From the NCBI GenBank assembly GCA_951406725.2, contig OX597815.1, forward strand, positions 78,430,001 through 78,494,000: a DNA stretch of 64,000 nt, in the 5' to 3' direction. Both the position numbers and the translations under genes were made by a program. The notes beneath the pieces were generated by a model. The model did not search any database, had not been told where the DNA came from, and saw nothing but the letters and a program-made list of their open reading frames with translations. Shown here in pieces: positions 15,528 to 29,498 of the stretch; the stretch's first letter is position 1; every line of letters begins with the position of its first letter. This DNA is from Octopus vulgaris (taxonomy: Eukaryota).

Positions 15528-15939
15528 TAGATAAGAATGTATGTATGTATGTATGTATGTATGTATGTATGTATAAATGAGTGTGTGAGTGCATGTGTGT
15601 GTGTGTGTATATAAGCATGCATACACACTCACTCACACATATATTATATTTAAATTATGCCTCCAATATAGTAAATGAAATGTTTGGCTTTTGTTTGGTG
15701 GTGGGGGAATAGCAAAACAGAAACAAACTCAAAAGTTTATTACAGAAAGTTAAACATTTTTCCAGTTTTAAACAATAGGGGTCTCTTGAGTGAGGTTACC
15801 GGGGGAGTAAGAATATATATATATTTTTTATCTGATTTTATATTTTTTGAGTCTTAAAATTCTTAAGCTTGTTTACTCAGTTTCTATGGTGTATAAGGGA
15901 CCAAGATCACATCATTCTCCCTGAATGAGATTGAGTTCA

Positions 15940-17600
15940 TTGCAGGGTTCAAAGCCCACAGTTTTGAGGGGAAGTCAAAGTCAATAACATCAACCCCTGT
16001 ACTTGGCTTAGTACTTTACTTTATCAACTCTGAAGGGATGAAAAGCAAAGTTGACCTTGGCAGGATTTGAACTCAGAATGTACAGAACCAGAAGAAATGC
16101 TGCTATGCATTTTGTCTGACATGCTAGCAATTCTACCAGCTCACTGCCCTATAACTGTCTATACCCTTCCCCATGTATTTTATTCAAAGGTTGTAAATTG
16201 GCACAATCAGTAAAATGTTGGACGAAACTTTTTGTGGTTGTTAGTTGCATTCTTTTACAATCTGAGTTCAAATGATGCTAAGATGACTTTGTCTTTCATT
16301 TGTTTTGGGTCAAATAGTAAGTACCACTCAAATTCTGGTATTAGTTGAATCAGCGTTTTGGTCATTTTTTTAAAACTAAGGTACAAATCACTATTCATCC
16401 TTTGTTTTTATCTCTTTTATAAACATTTACTCATTTTACACTTTGACACAATAAATTGACTTTCATTATCAAAAACTCTAAATGAGTAAGGGTGCAGAGG
16501 TAACAAGTTTGGCTTTCTCTATAATGTGAGTAGCATAAATGAAATGAAAGAGATACAAGTGAGAGCCAAAGATTCCAGTTAACCAAGAGCTAACCACCTT
16601 CGTGTCTGTCCAATGAAAAATACCCATAGATTTCTCTTGATTTAAATATAAGTTATAAAAGAAGAGAAATACTATATTGTAAGTTTGTATTGTTCCTAAT
16701 TATGTCAGGAGGATAAGTGAAATAAAAACAACTCCAGCTGGGAACTGAAACAGGGTCACAGGCTTTGTTCATTAGATGTTAACCCACAGATTGTTTATAT
16801 GAATATTTACTTTGACATTGGTTGTGGCTTTAAGTTTCCTTTAAATTTCTTATAATTTATTTAATAGCATAGTCACTTGCTACACTGAGCTGGCAAAACA
16901 TAGAATTGATTTGCTTCATGCAAGAGGTTGCATGAATGCACCAAATGATAACTGATCAACAAACTTTGATAATCCTCTCAAATATATAATATAAAAACCT
17001 TAGTTATTTTGAAAACATGCAAACTTATAAAATATATAACCATGTAACTAATACCCCACCTCCTAAAATTACAGACCTAGTGCTAAAATTTGAAACCATT
17101 ATTATTACTGTTATCATAGATATTATCTATTGTAATATTAATATCAGATCTGTAAGGTGGTAAGCTAACAGAATTGTTAGTATACCAGGCAAAATGCTGA
17201 GTGACATTTCATTTGTCTTTATATTCTGAGTTCAAAATCAGCCAAGGTCAATTTGTCTTTCATCCTTTCAGGGTTAATAAAATAAGTACCAGTTCAACAC
17301 TGGAGTCAATGTAATTGACTTCCTCCCTTCCCTGAATTTGCTGACCTTATACCAAACTTTGAAACTAAAATTATTTTCAGGTCTTTAAGGTGGCAAGCTT
17401 ATAGAATCATTAGTGCACTGGACAAAATGCTTAATGGCATTTCATATCTTTGCTTTCTGAATTCAAATTTTGCCAAGCTTGACTTTGCCTTTTATCCTTT
17501 CAAGATCAATGAAATAAGTCTCAGTTGAGTACGGGAGTTGACTAGCCTCCTACTTACTCTCCAAAATTTCAGGACTTGTACCTAAAGTAGAAAGGGTTGG
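15940..17600. mobile_element. Cluster of CpG-decayed family B SINEs (15940-16150 minus; 16190-16340, 17153-17380, 17385-17600 plus)
   Basis: Each carries ttctgagttcaaa..gactttgcctttcatcc..aataagtaccagtt or its reverse complement. Confidence 0.75.
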
Positions 17601-18033
17601 TATCAGGTCTATAAGGGTGGCTCAGATGGTAAAATACTGAGCAGCAATTATTTTTGATGATTAATGACTGAGTTCATATCCTGCCTGTCAGCTTCATCAC
17701 TGCAGTTTTATCTCACCATTAGCCTACAGAAAATATTTATTATATTCAGTTCAATAGAGTGCAACTGGTCCAAAACATCATCTGTGTGTATGTGGGTACA
17801 AATCATATTTATCTTTTACTTGTTTCAGATTGTGATCAATTGGCCCCCAGTACTTCTGTTTTTAAATCTGGTAATTATTCTGTCAGTCTCTTTTTGCCAA
17901 CCCCTAACTTATGAGAATGTAAAGAAACGAACACTGGTTATGAAGTGGTAGGGGACAACCACAAACCCAAAGATATAACACAATAACATATACACACACA
18001 CATACATATATATACACACACACACAAATGCGT

Positions 18034-18066
<33 letters not shown>

Positions 18067-18263
18067 ATCAGTCACCATGACTGATCCCTAAATCCGTAAT
18101 TTTTTTAAAATCTCTCTCAGTTTATTTCCTCATATTCCTTTCTGTTGAAGAGCATAGGCTTGAAACGGAATAGACTTTCTCACTTTCCCAAGCACCAAAC
18201 TAATACACCTGCTTGTTGTTCATACACCTGTCTTTATCTTTTGTTTTTCTGTAATTTCAACTA

Positions 18264-18358
<95 letters not shown>

Positions 18359-19033
18359 CGATTTTATCACTTATTTATATAAATCGTTATTTTATTTTTA
18401 AATTAATGATCTTATCCTTATTTATATATATATATATATATGTGATGGGCTTCTTTCAGATTCTTTCTACCAAATCCACTCAAAAGACTTTGGTCAGCTG
18501 CGGGACTGAACCTGATACTACATGGTTGGGAAGCAAGTTTCTTAACCACACAGCTATGCCTACAATAGAAATTTATACAGGGTCAAAGGATTGCCAACTG
18601 ACTGGAGTACATCAAAACTCAGGCACAGTGGGCAGAGATGACCACAATAGAAGTTTTTGCTTAGTGTACAGGAATAATTTATAAATTTAAAATGTCTATA
18701 ATTAATTTATAACTAAGACACAATTTAGGGCGAGTGGGAAGAGTGGTAGACCAAATCTAACTCTCAGTTAGTACTTATTTTATCAACCCCCAAAGATTAA
18801 GGAGCATAGATGACCCAGGCAGGATTTTTCAATTCAGGATATAAAGGTTATGCAACTAATTTCCACAAGGCATTTCACCCATTCTACTATGAGGTTTTTA
18901 TCAAAATTAAATTTTATTTTAATTAAAAATTTTATAATTTAATTTTAAAAACATCAGTATCGTAAACATGACATGAGGGTGACCAAATAAAAATACTTAA
19001 ACATAAACTTAGGATAGTGTACTGATCACAACT

Positions 19034-19088
<55 letters not shown>

Positions 19089-19657
19089 CACACACACACA
19101 CACATCACACACACACATACACACACACACACACAAACACAACCACACACAAACAAGAACAACAACATCGACAACAACAACACAAGCATATGAAACACAA
19201 ACAGAAAACAACTCACTTGAAATATTAGGTAGTCATCATTTGTTTGAAACAATTCCTTAAATGGATATAAAATTGAACTACACTACAATCCACACTTTGG
19301 CATGAAGCTCTCATAGCAAGGATTGGTCTATTGTACGTGTTATGATAAAATATATTCTGAAGTGATCTAGATAATATGAAAAATGTCAGCCTCTCAGTAA
19401 AACTAATAAATCAGGAAATGAGGAACGACTATCAGAGATCATTTCACCTGATGGAAATGAAGTTTCAAAAGGAATAAAACTTTGTTTTTACTTGTTTATT
19501 TATTTTGTAATTTAGTTGAAATTTTCTTTCCCCCACCCCTATCTGATGAAGGGGAGCAGTTATGACCCTTTATAAGCTATGTATGGTTAATGGTAAGAAG
19601 ACAGTACATCATCTCCAGATGGGAGACCTGACCCCCACCCCAATACTTGCAATACTG

Positions 19658-19885
19658 TTAACTCTTTAGCATTCAGATTACTCCTTCGAATGTAATGCTT
19701 ATTTATTCACATTGTTTTCAATTGATCATGCATTATCTTGTAGCATAGAGATGTTCATGATGTGAATGCTTATTTTCAGAATGACATTGTAGGACAGGTG
19801 TGAGAGGCCAGATCTGATCAGTTTTAACATAGAACTGGTAGAATATTTAGGCTGGATATGGCTGGTTTGAATACTAAATGGTTAA
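19658..19885. mobile_element. piggyBac-like MITE
   Basis: TTAA at both ends, with imperfect TIRs ctctttagcattca / tgaatactaaatgg. Confidence 0.7.
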
Positions 19886-20349
19886 AGTTAGCCAAGGGCA
19901 ATGGATTAAGCCTACCATCTGAGAAGAAGAATATCCACCCAACAAACAGACTGTCACACAGTTTCTGCCTATTGAACTTTAATCACAAGTAGAAGTACAC
20001 TCAAGCTTAATGGGACTGAGCCTGGACCACGTACCTGTGAAGGTGCTTATTATCCACATGCCTATGTCTTTCTCCAGATTGTTTCTAGAGTAACTGAAAG
20101 ACCTGGAGATTTTAACTTTATTTAAACATCAGCATGTGTGTGCACGTGCGTGTGTGTGTGATTGACTATGTCATACTTACCATGTATGCAAATGCATTTG
20201 TTCCCATAGTGTTTTCTTTATTAGTTGGCCATAGGAAAAGGACCAAAACCCATGACCAATGCAGGCTCTGGCTCTTTAATGTGGTTGATGCTAGCTTGAT
20301 TATCTACATGTCAATGCCTGCAGGAAAAATACATGATTGGAGGGAGGGA

Positions 20350-20575
<226 letters not shown>

Positions 20576-20970
20576 CAGAATTAGCTATCAACTGAGTGAT
20601 AATAGTAATAATTAGCTATTAACAGAATTAACCATCAACTGAATGAACAACTCTAAAAGCACTCAGGGTTCAAGTTGTGGTGCTAAATAGGATGGAATGT
20701 TTAACTTATCACTCAGAGCATTAAGTCTCAACTCCCAAAATGGTAGAACTTCACTCAAGAAAATTTTCCTTTCATCTGGTGTATTTAGGAAATGTCTTCA
20801 ATCTGTTAGAGATCAGCCTTCTCTTTGATGCTGGTTTTCCCAAACTTTTCTGTGTCCTGTACATTTTGAAAATATTTCATTAATTTTCTTAACTCCCTAC
20901 AAAAGTAATAATGTATAAGATAATGAAAAATCAATTTCCTAATTAATAAGTAATTTATTTTCTTAAATAT

Positions 20971-21279
20971 CATGTGATCACATGACCGACCAGGCCATCA
21001 GATGTTGCTACACATTGCTGGTCACAATGCGCTTCGCATTGTTTTAGCCTTTAAACGATGCCACCCTGCTGGATAAGTGAGCAGGCCAACAGAAGAAAGA
21101 TTAAGAGAAAGTTGTGGTGAAAGAATACAGCAAGGATCACCACCACCCCCTGCTGGAGCCTCATGGAGCTTTAGGTGTTTTCGCTCAATAAACACTCACA
21201 GCACCTGGTCTGGGAATTGAAACCGCGATCCTACGACCGCAGGTCCGTTGCCCTAACCACTGGGCCATTGCACCTCCAC
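20971..21279 (-). mobile_element. tRNA-derived SINE family C, tail type 1, 14-bp TSD
   Basis: ATTTTCTTAAATAT at 20957-20970 and 21280-21293. Head tggaggtgcaatggcccagtggttagggc..gcggtttcaattccc has A/B boxes. Confidence 0.88.
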
Positions 21280-22176
21280 ATTTTCTTAAATATAACTGTA
21301 TATAATACTGTTGATGAACAAACTGAACTCAAAAATTTAAATTTTGACTAAGGCCATACAACTGTAAATTGAACAACAAGCGACAAAAAAATAACCAGTG
21401 ACATCAGTCACAATTGAGAACAAAATTTAATGATTTTTTTGGTTTCTGTTTCTCATACATGACTTTATCAAAATATAGAACTTTCTTACTGATTGCAATT
21501 TTGTAAGTCTATGTGTCATGATTGAAAAGAGAACTGAATCCAGATTTATACATGTATGTTGTTGCAAATGGAATGAGCACACAGTTTTCAGTCAGAATAT
21601 TTAAAGGGTTAAATCTACATATGTAGAGTAATAAAGTTCTTGGTGTGCTTAGTTGTTTTTGTTTTGTGCTTTTGCTGAGTTTGGAGGAAGGGAAGTACAC
21701 GTGATCTTTGTAGGCTCTCCAAAACTGATGAGACTGATGTTGTTAATGTTTTATTTAAACCAGTGCAAATTAACATCTGCAGTAAAGATATGAGCATGGA
21801 AAAGATTCCAAAGAGACAATGTTTTGTGGGTGAAGGACTGAGCATAATGGTTTGTATGGAGCTGGTGAGGGGAAGGTAACAAGGGTGACAAAAGGTGTAA
21901 AGATGAATGGGTTGAGTGGGGATACAAGTTCAATCAGCTCAGAGAAGCAGAGGCCATTATAGTGGTGATAGAAAAGACAGACATAGAGACCAGCAAGGCT
22001 GTAGACAAGAAGCTGGAGTATGACTGAAAGTCAAGTAGCCTCTCTATAAATGAGACCCAGAATGCTTGTGTTTAGCAACAACACTGTCCCAGATATGGGA
22101 GCAGTATGCCATAGTGGGCCTCACTTAAACAAAAGTTAGTCAATGATTTTAATTTAAGAAGCAATTTTAATAAGGA

Positions 22177-22337
22177 TACCATATTTACTTGTGTATAAGT
22201 CACACTATTTTGTGCATTATTTTAACTGAAAAAAACTGGGATATGACTCAGACACAGGGCAAGTTTGAATATGAAGGGAAAAAATTTTGTACCAAGATTA
22301 AATTCAGAGTGCATCTTATACATGAGTAATGTATGTA
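22177..22337. mobile_element. Tc1/mariner-pogo-like MITE relic
   Basis: Imperfect TIRs taccatatttacttgtgtataag / cttatacatgagtaatgtatgta with TA ends. Confidence 0.55.
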
Positions 22338-23449
22338 TTTTACTGCTTTGTCACACCCTAAATGCTATCATGTACCTACATGGTATGCACACACACTAGA
22401 TGAGGAACTAACCTCTACTGTAGGGGGTCCAAAATATCATAAGTGCTGACCATGCTAGGTTTCACTTTCACATACATCCATTTCATAGAACAAAACTGAT
22501 TTAGCTAGAAATAGTGAAAACAAAAAAAAAGGTTGTTAGTCTACCACTGCTGTTACTACAGCTCTTTCTCTATACCAAAATATAAGTAAGAAGTTAAAAT
22601 ATTTAGCTTAAATTCACCCTCCATTTAATTTCTAAAATTATAAACATTTAAATTCATGTACACAAACCAATCCTTGCTTGAAGAGATTGACACAGCAGTG
22701 TGGTTTACAGTCTGTCTTTTTGCCATTTAAGGAATTGTTTTATACACGGAACTAGTGACTTCCTAATATTTCAAGTGAGTTGTTTGTTTGTGAATATAAT
22801 ATACACAATATATACATATATTTATGGTGGAGGTGGTAGTGGTGGTGCTACATGCGTGTTTATGTATGTGTGCTAATTTTATTTGCGTCTTTCGCACAAG
22901 TCTATGTTTTGGTTGTTACTGTCACATGAGTCAGTTACATGACCTTGATAAATATATTTTAATAAATTACAGAAATGCTGAAGAAATCTAACACTACTAC
23001 TGCAGCTAATGTCAAAATAGATATCCAAATAAATTATCTTTTGGTGAGCAGCTAATGAATTAAGTATGCAATCCAGTTTCAATTCCTGATTGCAACTATT
23101 TTCAAACATTTTTTAGCATCAACCAAAACCTTACAATACACAATTTCTCTTTGCCTGAGGTCTTAATAAAAAATGTATTCTATGAAAATGATAAACTTTC
23201 AATTAACTGAATCTTTGATATCATTTATGATTTTGATGCTATTGAGAAAGGTACAAAATCATAATTATTGTTTATCTCAAAAACTACCCCTTCCATACAC
23301 ACATACATATATCTTAGAAATTAAGTGACCAGATTATCTGTTGATTGGTTGTTTTGATAATGACTGTTGATTTATGGTGTTGATGTGTGAAATGAGTAAA
23401 AGAGAAAATAATGAATTTGAGGAATATCAGTGTAGTTGACGATATATAT

Positions 23450-23605
23450 AGGTGAGGCTGTGTGGTAGGAAGCTTGCTTGCCAATCACATGGTTCTGGGT
23501 TTAGTCTCACTGTGTTGTACCTTCACAAGTGTCTTTTACTGCAGCCTTGGGTCAACCAAAACTTTGTAAGTGGATTTGGTAGACAGAAACTGAAAGAAGC
23601 CCATC
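23450..23605 (+). mobile_element. SINE family A 5' half
   Basis: ggctgtgtggtaggaagcttgcttgccaatcacatggttctggg..gatttggtagacagaaactgaaagaagccc. Confidence 0.75.
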
Positions 23606-23649
23606 ATATATATATATATATGTATGTATATGTATATGGAATCGAAATT

Positions 23650-24378
23650 GAACCAATCCTATGACTGGCACCCGGCAGTTGCCAGGACCGCTGGACTGAC
23701 TCCTGTGCAGGTGGCAAGTGAAGAAACACCATTTCAACCCTGTGCTTGAGGAGATCCATTGAGTCACGTACACTAACATCAAAATCAATGGAAACTGCAG
23801 TTGTGATCCCTGTGCCGGTGGCACATAAAAAGCACTATTCGAATCATGGGCGATGCCAGCGCCGCCTTGACTGCCTTCCGTGCCGGTGGCATGTAAAATG
23901 CACCAATCCGATTGTGGCTGTTGCCAGGTGAGGCTGTGCTTGAGGAGATCCATTGAGTCACGTACACCAACATCAAAATCAATGGAAACTGCAGTTGTGA
24001 TCCCTGTGCCGGTGGCACATAAAAAGCACCATCTGAACGTGGCCGATGCCAGCGCCACCTAGACTGGCCTCCGTGCCGGTGGCATGTAAAAAGCACTATT
24101 TGAATCATGGCCGATGCCAGCGCCACCTTGACTGGCTTCCGTGCCGGTGGAACGTAAAATGCACTAATCCAATCGTGGCTGTTGCCAGCCTCGCCTGGCA
24201 CCTGTGCAGGTGGCACGTAAAAAGCACCCACTACACTCACGGAGTGGTTGGCGTTAGGAAGGGCATCCAGCTGTAGAAACACTGCCAGATCAGACTGGAG
24301 CCTGGTGCAGCCTTCTGGCTTCCCCGGTCGGACCGTCCAACCCATGCTAGCATGGACAACAGACGTTAAACGATGATG

Positions 24379-24380
<2 letters not shown>
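23650..24380 (+). mobile_element. RTE-LINE 3' UTR with expanded internal tandem repeats
   Basis: Repeated gtgccggtggcac/tgtaaaa(a)gcac units, plus a larger duplication at 23741-23930 / 23935-24190. It ends gtccaacccatgctagcatggacaacagacgttaaacgatgatgatg, like the RTE copies at 27800-27870 and 31500-31545. Confidence 0.75.
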
Positions 24381-24472
<92 letters not shown>

Positions 24473-24474
<2 letters not shown>

Positions 24475-24815
24475 CTCTCTCTATAAACAGCAGTTTGTCT
24501 GTGCGTTTTCTGTGTGTCTGTTTTCTCGTACCCTCACTCTGACCACGGCTTTCAACCGATTCTGATGAAACTTGACACACACATAACCCAATGTCATAAT
24601 TCAAAACTAACGAGCGAAAATTTTGAAAAGTTCCCCCAGTTCTGAAAAATCGATAAATTCGACATGGGGTCGAGAATCATAGGGGACGCAACTACCTTTT
24701 TTAACTCTCAAAAAAATTTACCATCATTTTTTTTCCATTTTTTTGCTATTTTTTGGCTATAACTCTCTAAAAATGCTTTATAGTTATTTCCCTTACAAAC
24801 CTGAGCAACGCCGGG

Positions 24816-24820
<5 letters not shown>
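24473..24820 (+). mobile_element. Non-autonomous Helitron-like element
   Basis: TC start, gtctgt..caaccgattctgatgaaacttg body, terminal hairpin cctgagcaacgccgggc like 9497-9511. The CTAG end is missing and the element is flanked by (TA)n. Confidence 0.6.
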
Positions 24821-24875
<55 letters not shown>

Positions 24876-24877
24876 AA

Positions 24878-24917
<40 letters not shown>

Positions 24918-24919
24918 GT

Positions 24920-24953
<34 letters not shown>

Positions 24954-24967
24954 ATCTTATATTATAT

Positions 24968-25690
24968 ATTATTATTAATATCAGGAAATCAATATTAGAA
25001 AATTCCTCAGAAAAATATATACATGTGTAAAATAATTGTTGTATTAAAAATATAAATATATATAAACATATGTAAATATGTATAATTATAAATATATAAT
25101 AATGACATTTTAAATGTTTCGAATTAAGTTTTTAAAGTATTTAACAATCATTTCGCAGAGAGTGCTGTCTCTATAATGGAATCCTATATTGATAAGCATT
25201 TATAGACAACTCTTCTGCTCTTCAGAGATATAAAATGTGAAATTTGTATAGTTTATCGAACGGTAGTTTTTTTTAAAATATGAACTAATATAGGAAAATA
25301 TAGGAAAGTGTTTTTTTGAAATATAAAATAAAATTTAAAATTACTGCTTTTGATTTTGGTAAGTACACTTTAGTATGAGAATCTTGAAATTCATATATTC
25401 TTCCTTGGTAAGTCTTTTGTAGTAATCCATAATAATTATGTATAAAATCCATTATATTGTCCTGTATTCCAAATATTGTCCATAGACTTAAATAATATAA
25501 AATAAAATTATATGTGAAATTTTATGTGTGAAATTATGAATTATAAATTAAAATGTCATTATTATATATTCATACTTATACATATTTACATATATTTATA
25601 TATATTTATATTTTTAATACAACAATTATTTTACACTTGTATATATCTTTCTGAAGAATTTTCTAATATTGATTTCCTGATATTAATAAT
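24968..25690. repeat. Inverted repeat (arms ~24968-25112 and ~25550-25690) enclosing the hammerhead motif
   Basis: ttattaatatcaggaaatcaatattagaaaatt..aatgacatttta versus taaaatgtcatt..aattttctaatattgatttcctgatattaataa. Confidence 0.85.
25138..25230 (-). ncRNA. Type I hammerhead ribozyme-like motif (Penelope-type, probably decayed)
   Basis: Minus strand: UAUCU-CUGAAGA-GCAG(a)AGAGU UGUCU..AGACA(gc)ACUCU CUGC-GAAA-U GAUU G-UU-AAAUA. Canonical core, long stem II, stem I with one mismatch. Confidence 0.65.
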
Positions 25691-26236
25691 AATATATTAA
25701 TATCCTCTAGCCTGCAAAGGGAGATCATTCCCCGAAGAAGCGGATGCCACATACCTAGGTTTCAAGGTATTTGCCTATTATCAATGCATCCACCGCCCTG
25801 CCCTGTCCCTAGCCACATTCAGATGGCTAACGTCCCTTATGTTATGGAGCAGTTACTGTCTATGTCTCGTTTAGAGAATTATTATTGCTGTCAAACGGAT
25901 TTTCTACATCAGTAAATGTATTTACTGTGAAAATCTTTATATATATCCTGCACAGAGAGTTGTTCGTCGAGGAGCGGTGCCTGCCATGATAATAGGCAAA
26001 TACCTTGAAACCTAGGTCCGTATGTGGCATCCGCTTCTTCGGGGAATGATCTCCCTTTGCAGGCTAGAGGACGCCGTGATGGCGTCAGCCCTCCTGGTGA
26101 TGTTGATGATCGCCTGGGGCTAAATGCATCAGTAACACCCCCACCGCCCTGCCCTGTCCCTAGCCACATTCAGATGGCTAACGTCCCTTATGTTATGGAG
26201 CAGTTACTGTCTATGTCTCATTTAGAGAATTATTAT

Positions 26237-26272
<36 letters not shown>

Positions 26273-26777
26273 CATACACATATATATATATCTAAGTGTA
26301 TCTTTGTGTCAGCGTTCGTTCCCCCACCACCACCACCACCACCACTTGACAACTGGTGTCAGTGTGTTTACATCCCTGTAACTTAGCAGTTCAGTAAAAG
26401 AAATTAGACCTCGGGTTGAATTCTTTGACTAAAATCTTTCAAAGTGGTACTCTAGCATGGCTGCAGCCAAATGAGTGAAACAAGTAAAAGAATAAAAGAA
26501 TATCATCATCATCATCATCATCATCATCATTTGTGTTATTTAACCTCTGTTTTCCATGCTGGCATGGGTTGGACAGTTTGGCTGGAGCTGGTAAGGCTGG
26601 GGTTCACACTAGAGTCCATTATCTGTCCTGATATGGCTTCTAAGGTTGGATGTCCATCCTAATGCCAACCACTCCACAGAGTGTACTGGGTGCCTTTTAT
26701 TTGGCACTAGCACCAGTATTAACTGGACAGGTCTTATTGAGTACAGTAAGGCACCAGATATTTCAGTCGTTTGTCTC

Positions 26778-26828
<51 letters not shown>

Positions 26829-26907
26829 TATATATATATATATATATATATGTAGGTATATATACACACATATATATATACATACATACACACACACATA
26901 TATATAT

Positions 26908-26952
<45 letters not shown>

Positions 26953-26968
26953 TACACACATACATATA

Positions 26969-27870
26969 CCATCATAGTCCTCTAGGCAATAAAGAGGAAT
27001 TCAATACAGGATGCCCCTGGGAGCTCATCTATGCTGATGACCTTGCTCTAATTGCTGAGTCACTATCAGAACTAGAAGAAAAGTTTCAGGTGTGGAAGCA
27101 AAGAATAGAATCAAAGGGCCTTAGAGTCAACCTAGTTAAAATCAAAGTCTTAATAAGTAGGAAGGCAGACAAACCACAAATCCCTTCTGGTAGATGGCCC
27201 TGCTCAATCTGTAGAAAAGGCGTAGGTAGAAACACCATAAGATGTACCCAGTGTAAGCTATGGACACATAAGAGGTGCAGCAATATCAAAGGGGGGGGCT
27301 AACTGGGAAGATAGTTTTTGTATGTGGTAAATGCTCAGGTGCTATAAACACAGAAAATGTGCAGAGAACAGCTTCTGTCACATTCCAGGGAGAAAAACTA
27401 GAAGTAGTTGATAGCTTCCATTACCTAGGGGACCAAGTCAAAAGCAGGAGTGGATGCTCTGAAAGTGTAGCTGCTAGAATAAGAATAGCCTGGGCAAAGT
27501 TCAGAGAGCTCCTACTTCTGCTGGTGACAAAGGGCCTCTCGCTCAGAGTAAACAGTAGACTGTATGACGCATGTGTGTGAACAGCCATGGCGGACTGGCT
27601 CCCATGCAGGTAGCATGTAAAAACACCTTTTGAGTGTGAGCATGGTCATTGCCAGAACCGCCTGACTGGCCCTCGTGCTGGTGGCATGTAAAAAGCACTC
27701 ACTACACTCTCGGAGTGGTTGGCATTAGGAAGGGCATGCAGCTGTAGAAACTTTGTCAGACCAGATGGAGCTTTGCGCAGCCTCTGGCTCACCAGTCCTC
27801 TGTCAACCCGGCCAACCCATGTCAGCATGGAAAGTGGACATTAAACGATGATGACGATGATGATGATGAT
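26969..27870 (+). mobile_element. RTE-clade LINE fragment (RT with PHD-like Cys-rich insertion) plus 3' UTR
   Basis: GCPWELIYADDLALIAES..WKQRIESKGLRVNLVK..WPCSICRKGVGRN.IRCTQCKLWTHKRCS; EVVDSFHYLG..RIRIAWAKFREL. Frameshifted, with a (GAT)n tail. Confidence 0.9.
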
Positions 27871-27955
27871 ACATACATACATATATATATATATACATAC
27901 ATACATACATACATACACACCTATGTATATATATATATATATATGTATATCTGTG

Positions 27956-28015
<60 letters not shown>

Positions 28016-28414
28016 TTTAGAGGGGTATATTATCGAGGCAGATATCATGGTAGCTCTCAGTTATGTTGCACATTACACCTAACTGCATCAATTAGTATTT
28101 AATGTCTATGACTATTAGGATTTCTCACGTATGCTGTAAATTTCTCAGATGAATAATTTCTTGTCCGCTTGACTGGGTGGTAATATTATCTGGAGTGTAT
28201 ATTTGCAATAATTATAACAATAGACAATATCAAGACTGGTGAATCCTCAAAATTTATTTCCTTTTATTTTACAATGTCATAAAGCATATTTCTATGGTTA
28301 TATGACCATAAGAATATGCTGTGTGACATTGTGAAATAAAAGGAAATAAAATTTGAGAATGTTCCAGTCTCTCCATATTCTCTATCGTTATAATTATTGC
28401 ATATACATATATGT

Positions 28415-28444
<30 letters not shown>

Positions 28445-28445
<1 letters not shown>

Positions 28446-28496
28446 AATGGATCAATATTTCGGTACAATTGTTTCGTACGAAGACCAGCTTTATTA

Positions 28497-28549
<53 letters not shown>

Positions 28550-28596
28550 AAGCTGGTCGTCGTACGAAACAATTGTACCGAAATATTGATCCATTT
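28445..28596. repeat. Palindrome with ~52-bp arms centred on (TA)n
   Basis: aaatggatcaatatttcggtacaattgtttcgtacga.gaccagctttattata and its reverse complement. Confidence 0.92.
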
Positions 28597-29221
28597 TTCT
28601 TGCTTTTTTCTTGTTTATAATCACACCGCATTATCTTATGGTTAATACCATATAGATTTCTGGTGCATCTAAGTTAAGTACCACATTCATGTGAATTCAA
28701 GAGAACTCACTTGAATCTTAATTGCTTTTACTATATATATGATGTAGGGGTAGTTAGGATAATTCCCAGCTGTTTCCTCTTGAAGGACATCTGCTTATTC
28801 TATTATTATCCATTCTTATAATCTAATATGTAGCCCCACTTGCTGTTGTATGTTAGTTGATAATACTTATTAAATTTAAGAATTATAGAAATACTGTTTG
28901 CAGGGTTATTGTATAACAAAACTGAAAATAAGAAATTTTGGGGTATATTTATTCACCATTACATAAGTTTCATTTGGTAATAGGAATTACAAAGATTTAC
29001 ACATTAGATATACTTGTAAGGAATTTCCTATTTGGAATTCTTCAGACAGAAAAAATAATACTTATTTAATACCTTTTTAATTTCTCTGTCTGAAGAATTT
29101 CTAATAAGAAACCCCTTAGAAGTCTATCTAACATGTAAAACTTTGTAATTTCTATTAGCAAATCAAACACATGTAATGGTGATTGAATAATACTCAAAAA
29201 TTTCCAATTTCCTGTTTTGTT

Positions 29222-29278
<57 letters not shown>

Positions 29279-29498
29279 GAGTGAGTGGAGAAACGAAAGA
29301 AAGGGCACTCAACACATTTATTGGGAATTACATGTATTATCCCACCAGCCTGAGGAGACAGCCTCCCTTAGGGAGTTGTGAAGCTTGAAGTTGCACAGGA
29401 TCCAAATCAAACTATTTTGAATTATACATATGTGTGTGTGCGTCAGTCTGCTGTCTATCTAGTTGTAGTATATATGTATGTATAAGTCTATATATGTG

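Noticed and set aside
18138-18180. Hammerhead-like ttgaagagcataggcttgaaacgg
   Set aside because: C3 and the NUH site are missing and the stems are weak; at most a decayed Penelope end.
19540-19650. ctgatgaagggg as a hammerhead
   Set aside because: No matching downstream GAAA or stem could be found.
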